Shown one piece after another: positions 19,099 to 28,663 of a stretch of DNA of 64,000 bases. The position numbers and the translations under genes were made by a program. Source of the DNA: Polyangia bacterium (lineage in GTDB: Bacteria > Myxococcota_A > Polyangia > Fen-1088); assembly GCA_035549075.1 (NCBI GenBank), contig DASZRT010000032.1, forward strand, positions 48,488 through 112,487. Direction: 5' to 3'. The notes under the pieces are model-generated. The model made no database searches. It saw only the letters and a program-made list of their open reading frames with translations, and had not been told where the DNA came from. Every line of letters begins with the position of its first letter. Position 1 is the first letter of the stretch.

Positions 19099-20523
19099 CT
19101 AGACTTCGAAGCCGAGTGACTTCAGCTCGGCTTCCAGAGCTTCGAGCTCTTTCCGCACGTTCTCGGGCGCGGGGCCGCCCTTGACGGTGCGCGCGGCGAC
19201 GGCGCGCGCGGGATCGAGCGCCTGCATGACGGCGGGCGTGAGCTTGGGATCGATCGCCGCGAGCGCCTTCGCGTCGAGACTGCGCAGGGATACGCCGCTT
19301 TCGCCAGTCTCCTCTGCGGCGCGCACGAGCTTGCCGACGATCTCGTGCGCCGAGCGGAACGGCAGCCCGCCGCGCACGAGCTCCTCGGCGAGGTCCGTCG
19401 CGCCGAGCGCCGGATCGCCCGCGGCCGCCTGCATGCGCTCGACGTTGAACTCGAGGCTGTCGACGAGGCCGGGCAGCACGGCCAGCACTTGCCGCGCCGT
19501 CTCGACGGCGTCGTAGAACGGCTCCTGCGTCTCCTGCAGATCCTTGTTGTAGGCGAGCGTGAGGCCCTTGCTGATCGTGAGCAGCGCGACGAGATCGCCC
19601 ATCACGCGCGCCGGCTTCGCGCGCAAGAGCTCGGCGATGTCGGGGTTGCGCTTCTGCGGCATGAGCGAGCTGCCCGAGCAGTAGCCCTCGCCGAGGCGCA
19701 CGAAGCCGAACTCCGTCGTCGACCACAGCACGAGCTCTTCGCCGAGGCGAGAGGCGTGCACGCCCATGAGCGCGCACGCGAAGGCGATCTCGGCGGCGAA
19801 GTCGCGGTCGGAGACGGCGTCGAGGCTGTTGCGCGTGGGGCCGCCCTCGAACGCGAGGGCGGCGGCCGTGTTGGCGCGATCGATCGGCAGGCCCGTCGAC
19901 GCGAGCGCGCCCGAGCCGAGCGGTGACTCGCCGGCGCGCTTGGCCGCGTCGAGCAGGCGCCCGCGATCGCGGCGCAGCATCTCGGCGTAGGCGAGCAGGT
20001 GGTGGCCCAGCGTCACGACCTGCGCGCGCTGTAGGTGCGTGTAGCCCGGCAGCAGCGTGCCCGCGTGCTCGCGCGCGCGCCGCGCGAGCGCGAGGCGCGT
20101 GCGGTCGATGCCCGCGACGAGATCGACGCACGAGCGCAGCGCGTAGAGCCGCAGGTCGGTCGCGACCTGATCGTTGCGGCTGCGCGCCGTGTGAAGGCGC
20201 CGCGCCGGATCGCCGACGAGCTCGGTGAGCCTCGACTCGACGTTCATGTGCACGTCCTCGAGCGCAGCGTCCATCTTGCGCTCGCCGCGCTCGAACTCTC
20301 CCGCGACCTGGTCGAGGCCGGCGACGATCGCGTCGGCGTCGGCCGCGCTGATGAGGCCGACCGACGCGAGCATGCGCGCGTGCGCTTGGCTGCCGCGAAC
20401 GTCGTCGCGCAGCAAGCGACGGTCGAAGTCGATCGACGCGTTGAGCGCCGCCGCCGCCGGATCCATGGCGCCCGAGAACCGCGCGCCGCGTCCTCCCGCG
20501 ACAGCTTTCTCCTGCTTCGTCAT
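19099..20523 (-). CDS. argH: argininosuccinate lyase
   Basis: Fumarase/aspartase-family signatures ([21 protein letters not shown]) and the overall ArgH architecture. Confidence 0.9.
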   Translation of the reverse strand: MTKQEKAVAGGRGARFSGAMDPAAAALNASIDFDRRLLRDDVRGSQAHARMLASVGLISAADADAIVAGLDQVAGEFERGERKMDAALEDVHMNVESRLTELVGDPARRLHTARSRNDQVATDLRLYALRSCVDLVAGIDRTRLALARRAREHAGTLLPGYTHLQRAQVVTLGHHLLAYAEMLRRDRGRLLDAAKRAGESPLGSGALASTGLPIDRANTAAALAFEGGPTRNSLDAVSDRDFAAEIAFACALMGVHASRLGEELVLWSTTEFGFVRLGEGYCSGSSLMPQKRNPDIAELLRAKPARVMGDLVALLTISKGLTLAYNKDLQETQEPFYDAVETARQVLAVLPGLVDSLEFNVERMQAAAGDPALGATDLAEELVRGGLPFRSAHEIVGKLVRAAEETGESGVSLRSLDAKALAAIDPKLTPAVMQALDPARAVAARTVKGGPAPENVRKELEALEAELKSLGFEV

Positions 20524-20683
20524 GCTGCGCTTTTACCGTTGCGTCTCGCAGAGCGCGACACATTTCGGACGCGTAACTTCGTCACGATCGTCGCGCGCAA
20601 ACGTGGCGCGTGCGCGACCTGCAAGCTACTCTGAAATCGAGGGCACCGTGACCGGCTGGCCCACAAAAGGAGGACAAGAACGC

Positions 20684-20767
20684 ATGAGTAAACGCACCCA
20701 AACGCACGGTACGGATTCTCACCGCACTCTCTCCCGCTTCGGCGCCAAGGAGCCCGGGCGAAGCTGA
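20684..20767 (+). CDS. candidate small ORF (27 aa) with consensus RBS
   Basis: AAAGGAGG sits 8 nt upstream of an ATG (MSKRTQTHGTDSHRTLSRFGAKEPGRS). It lies in a low-GC 514-bp intergenic region with mixed codon bias. Confidence 0.3.
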   Translation: MSKRTQTHGTDSHRTLSRFGAKEPGRS

Positions 20768-20903
20768 GCCTCCAGTTCGACTGACACAGGGTTTTCGAGC
20801 TCGTAGCACCCGAAACCGGTCCCGCGACGAAAGCTCGCGTCAAAGGCCATAAATCGGGCGGCGCCTCGAGGCGCTAGCTCTCGACCAGCCCAATAGCGGT
20901 CCC

Positions 20904-20947
20904 GAAACGCGCCGAGGAGAATGTTCTCCCGGCGCGTTTCCTTTTAG
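20904..20947 (+). terminator. Rho-independent terminator-like hairpin
   Basis: gaaacgcgccgAggagaa-tgt-ttctcccggcgcgtttc: a 17-bp stem with one bulge and a 3-nt loop, followed by cttttag. Confidence 0.55.
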
Positions 20948-21037
20948 AGCAAGTGAGCGCAGCGCGGCTTTGCCGCGCGGAGCGAAGGGGGTTCGGGGGC
21001 ACCCGAGCGAAGCGAGCGGTACCCCCGACGACTACGA

Positions 21038-21811
21038 CTACGATGCGCGCTTGACGCGGAGGCCGTTGAGCTCGTCGAGGAACTTCGCCGTCGTCTCGAT
21101 GCTGTTCTCGAGCGACTCGATGACCAGGTTCAGCAGGCCGTCGTTCTCGAAGCGCAGCACCTCGTAGTAGCGCTGACGATCGATCGAGTGGATGACCGCC
21201 GGCAAATAGCCGTGGCGAATCAGGATGTAGTTCATCAGCAGGCGCGCCAGCTTCCCCGAGTTCTTCGTCCACGGGTAGATGTTGAGCAGCCGGAAGTGCG
21301 CCTTCGTCGCGCGCGTGATCGGGTGCAGCTCGTTGAACTCGTCCGAGTGCATCCACTCGTCCAGCTTCTTCATCTTCGCCGTGATCTTCTCGGGCGGCGC
21401 GATCTCGTGATAGTAGAGCCGGTGCAAGGGGTTCTCCTTGCGGAACGGGAAGCCCTTCGCCGCCGCCTCGGGCGTGATGAGCCCGTAGAGCTTCTTGATG
21501 AGCTCGAGGTCGATGGGCGTCGGCTTCTTGCCCGAGTTGGCGTCGCGCACGAAGTCGACGGCCAGCTTGTGGTTCCGAACCTCCTCGTACATCGGGATCA
21601 GCGTGACATCACTGATGATGCGCTGATCGATCGCGGCCTTGAGCTCGGAGTACGAGAGGACGACGCCCTCGAGCGCGTTGTCGTGGAAGATCCACGAGAC
21701 ATCGAGACGGTCCTGATACGTTTTGAGGATGCTCGCCGGGAACGAATTCTGCTTCCCACGCAAACTCTCCATCTTGGCGTCGAGCTCGAAGAACTTCGCG
21801 TCCATCCCCAT
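21038..21811 (-). CDS. Fic-family protein with degenerate catalytic motif
   Basis: AHFRLLNIYPWTKNSGKLARLLMNYILI aligns to the Fic core a-H-x-x-f-x-x-IHPFxDGNGRxxRLLmNxlL. The catalytic His is Tyr here, and D, N and R of DGNGR are K, S and K. Confidence 0.7.
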   Translation of the reverse strand: MGMDAKFFELDAKMESLRGKQNSFPASILKTYQDRLDVSWIFHDNALEGVVLSYSELKAAIDQRIISDVTLIPMYEEVRNHKLAVDFVRDANSGKKPTPIDLELIKKLYGLITPEAAAKGFPFRKENPLHRLYYHEIAPPEKITAKMKKLDEWMHSDEFNELHPITRATKAHFRLLNIYPWTKNSGKLARLLMNYILIRHGYLPAVIHSIDRQRYYEVLRFENDGLLNLVIESLENSIETTAKFLDELNGLRVKRAS

Positions 21812-22112
21812 CTCCTAAGTTCCTTCCTTTTGAACGTGGCGAGTTCCGGGATTAACGAGGGGCCGGTTCAGTTACCAGCAGCGGGAAATCGTATTTCGCG
21901 AGAACCCTTTGGTCAAGCGGGGTTAGGAGACTTTTTCCCCAGGTTACAGAGTCTGGCCGACGTGTCTTGTTGCTTCCAAGTTTCGGGATGTCAGGGCCCT
22001 CACCACGTAGATCGCGCTTTTTGCAGGGCCAAAGCACCCGCACCAGCTGGCGGACTTAGATTCGTAGAGCCGATATACATAAAATCATTAGAAAATTCGC
22101 CTTGTTCAAAAC

Positions 22113-22140
22113 TTGACTCGCCGCCCTCCTGGGCAAGAAT
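22113..22140 (+). promoter_or_regulatory. candidate sigma70-type promoter of the dcw cluster
   Basis: TTGACT (22113-22118), a 16-nt spacer, then AAGAAT (22135-22140). It ends about 8 nt before the rsmH ATG and is preceded by an AT-rich stretch. Confidence 0.3.
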
Positions 22141-22148
22141 GACCGGAC

Positions 22149-23102
22149 ATGCGGGCCGAGCGCCGTATCGCCTCCGGTCCCGGTGCCCCAGACGCATCGG
22201 TTGACGGAATTCGGGCGCTGCACGAACCGGTGCTGCTGCAAGAGGTGCTCACCTACCTCGAACCGCGGTCTGGCGGCCTTTATTGCGACGGGACCGTCGG
22301 CATGGGCGGACACGCGCGCGCGATCCTGGAACGGGCCGCGCCCGACGGGCGGCTCGTCGGCATCGATCGCGATCGCGACGCGCTCGCCGAGGCGAAGGCG
22401 ACGCTCGAGCCGTTCGGCGATCGCGTCACGCTGGTGCACGCGCCGTTCGCGCGCGCGCGCGCCGTGCTCGAAGAGCTGGGCGTCGTGCCGGTCGACGGGT
22501 TCCTCGTCGACCTCGGCGTGTCGTCGCCGCAGCTCGACCGCGCGGAGCGCGGCTTCTCGTTCCGCGGCGCGGGTCCGCTCGACATGCGCATGGATCAGAG
22601 CGGCGGCGAGACGCTCGCAGAGCTGCTGCGACGCGTGGACGAGGGCGAGCTCGAGCACATCATCCGCGAGTACGGCGAAGAGCGGTACGCGCGCCGCATC
22701 GCCGCGGCGATCATGCGCGAGCGCGACGCGCTCGACTCGACGGCGGCGCTCGCGGCCGTCGTCGCGCGCGCGATGCCGGCGCACGAGCGGCACAAAAACC
22801 CGGCGACGCGCACGTTCCAGGCGTTGCGCATCGCCGTCAACGACGAGCTCGGCCAGCTCGCGTCGTTCCTCGACGGCGTGACCGACTGCCTCAAGCCGGG
22901 CGGCCGGCTGTGCGTCATCGCGTTTCACTCGCTCGAGGACCGCATCGTCAAGCAGCGGCTGCGGCGGCTCGCGGGCAAAGACGGCAGCGGGCCGGCGCGC
23001 CTGCGCCTGCTCAACAAGCACGTCGTCGTCGCCGGCGAAGAAGAGCGCCTGCGCAACCCGCGCGCGCGATCGGCGAAGCTGCGCGCCGTGGAGAAGCTCT
23101 GA
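22149..23102 (+). CDS. rsmH: 16S rRNA (cytosine1402-N4)-methyltransferase
   Basis: HEPVLLQEVL...DGTVGMGGHARAIL...VDLGVSSPQLD are MraW motifs. First gene of the dcw cluster. Confidence 0.9.
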   Translation: MRAERRIASGPGAPDASVDGIRALHEPVLLQEVLTYLEPRSGGLYCDGTVGMGGHARAILERAAPDGRLVGIDRDRDALAEAKATLEPFGDRVTLVHAPFARARAVLEELGVVPVDGFLVDLGVSSPQLDRAERGFSFRGAGPLDMRMDQSGGETLAELLRRVDEGELEHIIREYGEERYARRIAAAIMRERDALDSTAALAAVVARAMPAHERHKNPATRTFQALRIAVNDELGQLASFLDGVTDCLKPGGRLCVIAFHSLEDRIVKQRLRRLAGKDGSGPARLRLLNKHVVVAGEEERLRNPRARSAKLRAVEKL

Positions 23103-23103
23103 C

Positions 23104-23598
23104 GTGAGCTCTCCCACGGCGTCTTCGATCGTCGAGACCGACGCGCGCCACCGGCGCGGCATCGGCGTCGGCGCGTTCCTGCTCGCGATCGCGACGGTGG
23201 GCGCGGTCGCGCACGTCGGCGTGCGCGGGCAGGGCATCGAGGTCGCCTACGCGCTGGGCCGCGAGAAGCAGATCAACACGAAGCTCGAAGAGGAGCGGCG
23301 CCGCCTCAACATCGAGATCGGCATGCTCAAGGATCCCGTGCGCGTCGTGAGCTTCGCGCGCGACAAGCTCAAGATGGGCCCGCCCGCGCCGGCCGACATC
23401 GTGCGCCTCGTGCCGGGGCAGGTGCTGGGCGCGCCGCCCGCCGTGACCGCGCCGGCCGCGCCGAAGCGCGCGCCGCGCAGGCCGGCCGCCGCGAGGCCCG
23501 TGGTCGCGAAGCCCGTCAAGGTCGAGGCGAAGGCCGCGCCCGCATCGGAAGATGCGCCGGCCGCCGACGAGGCGCCGCGAACGGACGGTGACGAGTGA
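23104..23598 (+). CDS. ftsL: cell division protein FtsL-like
   Basis: Position between rsmH and ftsI. A single TM (GVGAFLLAIATVGAV) followed by a coiled coil, with a Pro/Ala-rich C-terminus. GTG start. Confidence 0.6.
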   Translation: MSSPTASSIVETDARHRRGIGVGAFLLAIATVGAVAHVGVRGQGIEVAYALGREKQINTKLEEERRRLNIEIGMLKDPVRVVSFARDKLKMGPPAPADIVRLVPGQVLGAPPAVTAPAAPKRAPRRPAAARPVVAKPVKVEAKAAPASEDAPAADEAPRTDGDE

Positions 23599-25676
23599 CG
23601 TTCCCCGGGCGGTGGACGCGCGTCCGCATCGTCGCCTTCGGCGCGATCCTGGGCGGCCTCTTCTTCGCCGTCGCGAAGCGCTCGTACAACCTGCAGGTGC
23701 TCGAGGCCGATCGCCTGCGCGGCATGGCCGAGGAGCAGTACCTGCGCGAGGTCGAGCTGCCGCCGCGGCGCGGGCGCATCCTCGATCGCAACGGCGCCGA
23801 GCTGGCGTCGACGGCCGACGTCGACTCGATCTACTGCAACCCGCGGCGCCTGCCCGATCCGCGCGAGGCGTCGCGCCTGCTCGCGAAGGTGCTCGATCTC
23901 GATCGCCACGAGCTCGAGAAGAAGCTCTCGCAGCGACGCTTCTTCGCGTGGGTCAAGCGCAAGGTCACGCCCGACGAGGCCGCGGCCGTGAAGTCGCTGG
24001 ATCTGCCGGGCGTCGCCTTCGTGCGCGAGCCGCGCCGCTTCTACCCGAACCGCGCGCTCGCGGCGACGGTCATGGGCCTCGCGGGCTCCGACGGGCGCGG
24101 CCTCGACGGCGTCGAGCTCGCCTACGACAAGGCGCTGCGCGGGACGACGTCGTCGGTCGTCGGCGTGCGCGACGCGCTCGGGCGCGAGCTGGCCGTCGAC
24201 GGCTTGCCCGACGCGCCCACGGGCGCGGGCGCCGACGTCGTGCTCTCGATCGATCGCTACCTCACCTTCGTCACCGAGCGCGCGATCGCCGACGGCCAGG
24301 CGCGCACGCACGCGAAGGACGTCGTCGCCGTCGTCATGGATCCGGGCACGGGCGAGATCCTCGCGATGGCGTCGGTGCCGACGTTCAACCCCAACGATCC
24401 CGGCGAGGCGGCGAACGGCGCGCGCGATCGCGCCATCACCGACTCGTACGAGCCGGGCTCGACGATGAAGACCTTCACGCTGGCGTCGGCGCTCGACGCG
24501 GGCGTCATCCGCGCCGACGATCGCTTCGACTGCCTGCAGGGCAAGATGATGGTCGGCAAGTACTCGATCCACGACACGCACCCGCACGGCGTGCTCACGG
24601 CGGCCGAGGTGTTCAAGTTCTCGAGCAACATCGGCGCGACGAAGATCGCGCGGCGGCTCGGGCGCGAGGGGCTCGCCGACGCGCTCGATCGCTTCGGCTT
24701 CGGGCACCCGACGGGCGTGGGCCTGCCGGGCGAGCGCTCGGGCATCATCCGCCCCGTCGACAAGTGGGGCGACATCGGCTTCGCCAACGTGTCGTTCGGG
24801 CAGGGCCTCACGGTGACGCCGCTGCAGATGGTGAGCGGCGTGAGCGCCATCGCCGCGGGCGGCGTGTACCGCGCGCCGCGCGTCGTGTCGCGCGTCGTGG
24901 CCGCCGACGGCAGCGTCGAGACGCCGACGGTCACGCCCGATCGCCGCGTGATGTCCGAGCACGCGGCGCGCACGATGCTGCAGATCATGCGCGGCGTGAC
25001 CGAGGAGGGCGGCACGGCCAAGCAGGCGGCCATCGACGGTTACGTCGTCGGCGGCAAGACGGGCACGGCGCAGAAGGTCGCCAACGGCCACTACGACCCG
25101 GACAAGTGGGTGTCGTCGTTCGTGGGCGTCGTGCCGCTCGAGGCGCCGCGCCTCGCGATCATCGTCGTCGTCGACGAGCCGCAGGGCGGTCACCTGGGCG
25201 GCGCCGTCGCGGCGCCCATCTTCAAGGACATCGCCGAGCAAGCGCTGCGCTACCTGCACGTCCCGCCGTCGCCCGACGCCGCGGTCGCGGCGCGCGTGCC
25301 GAAGGGCGGGCGCGCGCCGCTGGCCGATGCCGACGACGCGCCGGCCGCGGAAGGTTCTCCGACGGATTTGCCCGTGTACGCCGACGCCGACGGGCCCGGC
25401 GACGATCCGGCGATGGCCGAGCAGTGGAACGCCGTCGCGGGCGCCGAGGGCGGCGCTTCGGACCACGCGAGCGCCGCGCCGCCGCCGACGGCGATCCCGA
25501 GCTTCGCGGGCATGACGCTCGGCGAGGCGGTGCGCGCCGCGCGCCGCAGCGGCGTCGAGCTGGCCTTCGACGACGTGACGGGCACGGCGGGCGGCGTCGT
25601 CTTGTCGCAGACGCCGGGGCCAGGGCCTTCGTCGCGCGGGACGCTGTGCCGCGTGACGCTGGGACACGTCGAATGA
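23595..25676 (+). CDS. ftsI: peptidoglycan D,D-transpeptidase (class B PBP)
   Basis: N-terminal TM and dimerisation domain, transpeptidase motifs STMKT, SSN and KTGTA, and a C-terminal PASTA-like domain. Confidence 0.9.
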   Translation: MTFPGRWTRVRIVAFGAILGGLFFAVAKRSYNLQVLEADRLRGMAEEQYLREVELPPRRGRILDRNGAELASTADVDSIYCNPRRLPDPREASRLLAKVLDLDRHELEKKLSQRRFFAWVKRKVTPDEAAAVKSLDLPGVAFVREPRRFYPNRALAATVMGLAGSDGRGLDGVELAYDKALRGTTSSVVGVRDALGRELAVDGLPDAPTGAGADVVLSIDRYLTFVTERAIADGQARTHAKDVVAVVMDPGTGEILAMASVPTFNPNDPGEAANGARDRAITDSYEPGSTMKTFTLASALDAGVIRADDRFDCLQGKMMVGKYSIHDTHPHGVLTAAEVFKFSSNIGATKIARRLGREGLADALDRFGFGHPTGVGLPGERSGIIRPVDKWGDIGFANVSFGQGLTVTPLQMVSGVSAIAAGGVYRAPRVVSRVVAADGSVETPTVTPDRRVMSEHAARTMLQIMRGVTEEGGTAKQAAIDGYVVGGKTGTAQKVANGHYDPDKWVSSFVGVVPLEAPRLAIIVVVDEPQGGHLGGAVAAPIFKDIAEQALRYLHVPPSPDAAVAARVPKGGRAPLADADDAPAAEGSPTDLPVYADADGPGDDPAMAEQWNAVAGAEGGASDHASAAPPPTAIPSFAGMTLGEAVRAARRSGVELAFDDVTGTAGGVVLSQTPGPGPSSRGTLCRVTLGHVE

Positions 25677-27229
25677 GCCACGCGCTCGCCGAGCTGCTTC
25701 GCGGCGTCGAGCTCGTGTCGACCTCGGGTGCGATCGAGAACGTACGCGTCGCCGAGGTACGCGACGACTCGCGCAAGGTGCAGCCCGGCGACCTCTTCGT
25801 CGCGGCGCCTGGACCCGTCGCCGACGGTCGCGCGTTCGTCACCGACGCGATCGCACGCGGCGCGACGGCGCTCGTCACCGAGGGCGCGGCGCCGACGAGC
25901 TTCCCCGGCCTCGTCGTGCTCGTGCCGCAGGCGCGCCACGCGCTCGGCCTCATCGCGGCGAACCGCTTCGGCGCGGCGGCGGCGCTCTCGCTCCACGCCA
26001 TCACGGGCACGAACGGCAAGACGACGACGAGTTACCTCGTCGAGGGTATGCTGCGCGCCGCGGGGCGTGTCCCGGGCGTCGTCGGCACGGTCGCGTACCG
26101 CTCGGCGGCGCCTGGCTTCGCGACCGTCGACGCGCCCAACACGACGCCGGGTGCGCTGCTGCTGCACTCGGTGCTGGCCGACATGCGCGCCGCCGGCACG
26201 ACCGACGTCGCGCTCGAAGCGACGTCGCAGGCGCTCGATCAAAATCGCCTCGACGGCTGCGCCTTTCGCGTGGCGGCGCTCACCAACGTCACGCAGGACC
26301 ACCTCGACTATCACGGCACGATGGACCGCTACTTCGACGCCAAGGCGATCCTGTTCGAGAGGATGCTCGCGCCGAACGGGGTCGGCGTCGTCTTCGTCGA
26401 CAAAGACGAAGGCGTGCGCATGCGCGCGCGCTGCCCGCGGCCCGTCGTCGGCGTCGCCACCCAAGCGATGAAGACGGCCGGTGCCGACGTCGTCGCCGGC
26501 ATCGCCGTCATGGACGACCGCGGCGTGCGCGTGTCGTTCTCGACGCCAATGGGGCCCGTGAAGATCGACTCGCCGCTCGTGGGCGACTTCAACCTCGAGA
26601 ACCTCGCGATCGCCGTCGGCATGGGCGTCGCCGCCGATCTGCCGGTGTCGGCCATCGAGTCCGGCCTCGCGGGCGTCGCGGGTGTGCCGGGCCGGCTCGA
26701 GCGCGTGCCCAACGGGCGCGGAGTCCTTTGCGTCGTCGACTACGCCCACACGCCCGACGGCCTCGCGCGCGCGATCGCCGCGCTCAAGCCCTACGCACGC
26801 GGGCGCCTCGTCGTCGTGTTCGGCTGCGGCGGCGATCGCGATCGTCGCAAGCGGCCCATGATGGGGAAGATCGCCGGCGCGGGCGCCGATCTCTCGATCG
26901 TCACGTCGGACAACCCACGCACGGAAGACGCCGACGCGATCATCGATATGATCGTCCCCGGCCTCGAGGAGGGGCTCGCGCGGCCCGTGTCGACGGCGCA
27001 AGCGCGCAGCTGGATCCGCCCGTCGGAGGCCATGGGGCGCACTTACTGCCGCGTCACCGATCGCCGCGCGGCGATCCAGCTCGCGACGGCCCTCGCGCTC
27101 CCGGGCGACGTGCTCCTCATCGCCGGCAAGGGACACGAGGATTACCAGATCGTCGGCACGACGAGATCGCACTTCGACGATCGCGAGGAGGCCGCCGTCG
27201 GCTTCGCCCTCGCCGAGGCGAACGCGTGA
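25673..27229 (+). CDS. murE: UDP-N-acetylmuramoyl-L-alanyl-D-glutamate--2,6-diaminopimelate ligase
   Basis: Mur ligase P-loop ITGTNGKTTTSYL and the MurE domain order. ATGA overlap with ftsI. Confidence 0.9.
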   Translation: MSHALAELLRGVELVSTSGAIENVRVAEVRDDSRKVQPGDLFVAAPGPVADGRAFVTDAIARGATALVTEGAAPTSFPGLVVLVPQARHALGLIAANRFGAAAALSLHAITGTNGKTTTSYLVEGMLRAAGRVPGVVGTVAYRSAAPGFATVDAPNTTPGALLLHSVLADMRAAGTTDVALEATSQALDQNRLDGCAFRVAALTNVTQDHLDYHGTMDRYFDAKAILFERMLAPNGVGVVFVDKDEGVRMRARCPRPVVGVATQAMKTAGADVVAGIAVMDDRGVRVSFSTPMGPVKIDSPLVGDFNLENLAIAVGMGVAADLPVSAIESGLAGVAGVPGRLERVPNGRGVLCVVDYAHTPDGLARAIAALKPYARGRLVVVFGCGGDRDRRKRPMMGKIAGAGADLSIVTSDNPRTEDADAIIDMIVPGLEEGLARPVSTAQARSWIRPSEAMGRTYCRVTDRRAAIQLATALALPGDVLLIAGKGHEDYQIVGTTRSHFDDREEAAVGFALAEANA

Positions 27230-28659
27230 ACGCGCCCGCGTCGCACGCGTTCGACTTCGCGGCGCGCGCCATGCGCGGGGTGATCATCCAGAAAGGAACG
27301 CGTGGCGACGCGTTCGCGGGCGGCGCGTCCGACTCGCGCGAGGTGAAGGCAGGCGCGATCTTCTTCGCGTTCCCGGGCGAGCGCGTCGACGGCTTCGCGT
27401 TCGCGGCGCAGGCGGCGGCGAACGGCGCGGCAGGCGTCGTCGTCGCGCGCGGGCGCGGCGTGCCCGCGGGCTGCGAAGCGCTCACGGTCATCGAGGTCGA
27501 CGACGCGCGCCTCGCGATGGGCGATCTCACGCGCGCGGTGCGCGCACAATTCGGCGGCAAGGTCGTCGGCGTCACGGGCTCGAACGGCAAGACGACGACG
27601 AAGGAGCTGGTCGCGGCCGCGCTCGCGCCCATGGGGGACGTGCTGCGCACGCCGGCTAGCCTCAACACCGACGTCGGCTTGCCGCTCACCGTGCTCGGCG
27701 CGACGGGGCGCGAGGCGGCGTGGGTGCTGGAGATGGCGATGCGCGGGCGCGGCGAGATCGCCTACCTCGCCGACATCGCGTCGCCGCACGTCGGCGTCAT
27801 CACCAACGTCGGCGGCGCGCACCTCGAGCGCCTCGGGACGATCGAAGAGGTCGCGCGCGCCAAGGGCGAGCTGTTCGCGGGCCTCGGGCCCGACGCGGTC
27901 GCGGTGCTGCCTGCGGGCGATCCGCTCGTCGAGCCGCAGGCGGCGCACATCCCGCGCGCGCGTCGCGTGACGTTCGACGGCGGCGTCGCGGGTTCGAAGC
28001 CCGACGTGCGCGTGCTCGAGCTTCTGCCCGCGGGCGCCGCGGGCTCCGTCGTGCGCTACGCCGTGGGTGATCTCCCGGTCGTTGCCCGGCTGCCGCTCGC
28101 GGGCCTTCACAACGCGAAGAACGGCGCCGCCGCGCTCGCCGTCGCGCGCGCTCTCGGCGTGTCCGCACCCGAGGCAGCTCTCGCGCTCGAAAAAGTCGCG
28201 CTGCCGCCGCACCGTTCAGCCGCCGTTCCGGCCGGCGGTCGCGTCGTGCTCGACGACTGCTACAACGCCAACCCCGATTCGATGAAGGCCGCGCTCGCCT
28301 CGGTCGTCGCGTCGGCGACGCCCGCGCGCGCCTTCGCGATCCTGGGCGACATGAAAGAAGTCGGTTCACATTTGGCCGAGTCCGAGGCGCTCCACCGCGA
28401 GGTCGGGCGCGCCGCGGGCCAACGCCTCGCCGGGCTCGTCGCGATGGGTGCGCTCGCTGATGCGCTGATCGCGGGCGCGCGTGACGCGGGCCTGCCCGCC
28501 GACAGAGCCGTCGCCGCCGCGACGCCCGAAGAGGCCGCGGCGCGCGCCGCCGCCTGGACGGCGCCTGGCGATTGGATCCTCGTCAAAGCTTCCCGTGGCA
28601 TGAAACTCGAGCGCGCCGTCGACGCGCTCGTCGCAACCCTCTCGTCGGGGGCCAGATAA
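27226..28659 (+). CDS. murF: UDP-N-acetylmuramoyl-tripeptide--D-alanyl-D-alanine ligase
   Basis: VTGSNGKTTTKEL P-loop. GTGA overlap with murE. Confidence 0.9.
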   Translation: MNAPASHAFDFAARAMRGVIIQKGTRGDAFAGGASDSREVKAGAIFFAFPGERVDGFAFAAQAAANGAAGVVVARGRGVPAGCEALTVIEVDDARLAMGDLTRAVRAQFGGKVVGVTGSNGKTTTKELVAAALAPMGDVLRTPASLNTDVGLPLTVLGATGREAAWVLEMAMRGRGEIAYLADIASPHVGVITNVGGAHLERLGTIEEVARAKGELFAGLGPDAVAVLPAGDPLVEPQAAHIPRARRVTFDGGVAGSKPDVRVLELLPAGAAGSVVRYAVGDLPVVARLPLAGLHNAKNGAAALAVARALGVSAPEAALALEKVALPPHRSAAVPAGGRVVLDDCYNANPDSMKAALASVVASATPARAFAILGDMKEVGSHLAESEALHREVGRAAGQRLAGLVAMGALADALIAGARDAGLPADRAVAAATPEEAAARAAAWTAPGDWILVKASRGMKLERAVDALVATLSSGAR

Positions 28660-28663
28660 CGAG

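Noticed and set aside
19100-19135. 9-bp perfect inverted repeat gaagccgag-N9-ctcggcttc at the convergent junction of the PEGA protein and argH
   Set aside because: It lies inside the argH coding sequence (last 12 codons) and lacks a U-tract. At most it is a weak bidirectional pause site.
19046-20563. 505-aa minus-strand ORF overlapping argH
   Set aside because: Alternative frame of argH with Arg-rich junk translation.
20960-21037. tRNA or other structured RNA in the low-GC intergenic region (ggggg...ccccc stems)
   Set aside because: No T-loop (GTTCGAnTC-like) or anticodon-arm arrangement. The stems are short with internal direct repeats, so there is no cloverleaf.
22056-23237. 393-aa minus-strand ORF
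   Set aside because: Antisense to rsmH, and rsmH has unambiguous MraW motifs.
23247-25667. 806-aa minus-strand ORF
   Set aside because: Antisense to ftsI; Arg/Asp/Ala-rich translation without motifs.
25250-27172. 640-aa minus-strand ORF
   Set aside because: Antisense to murE; composition artefact.
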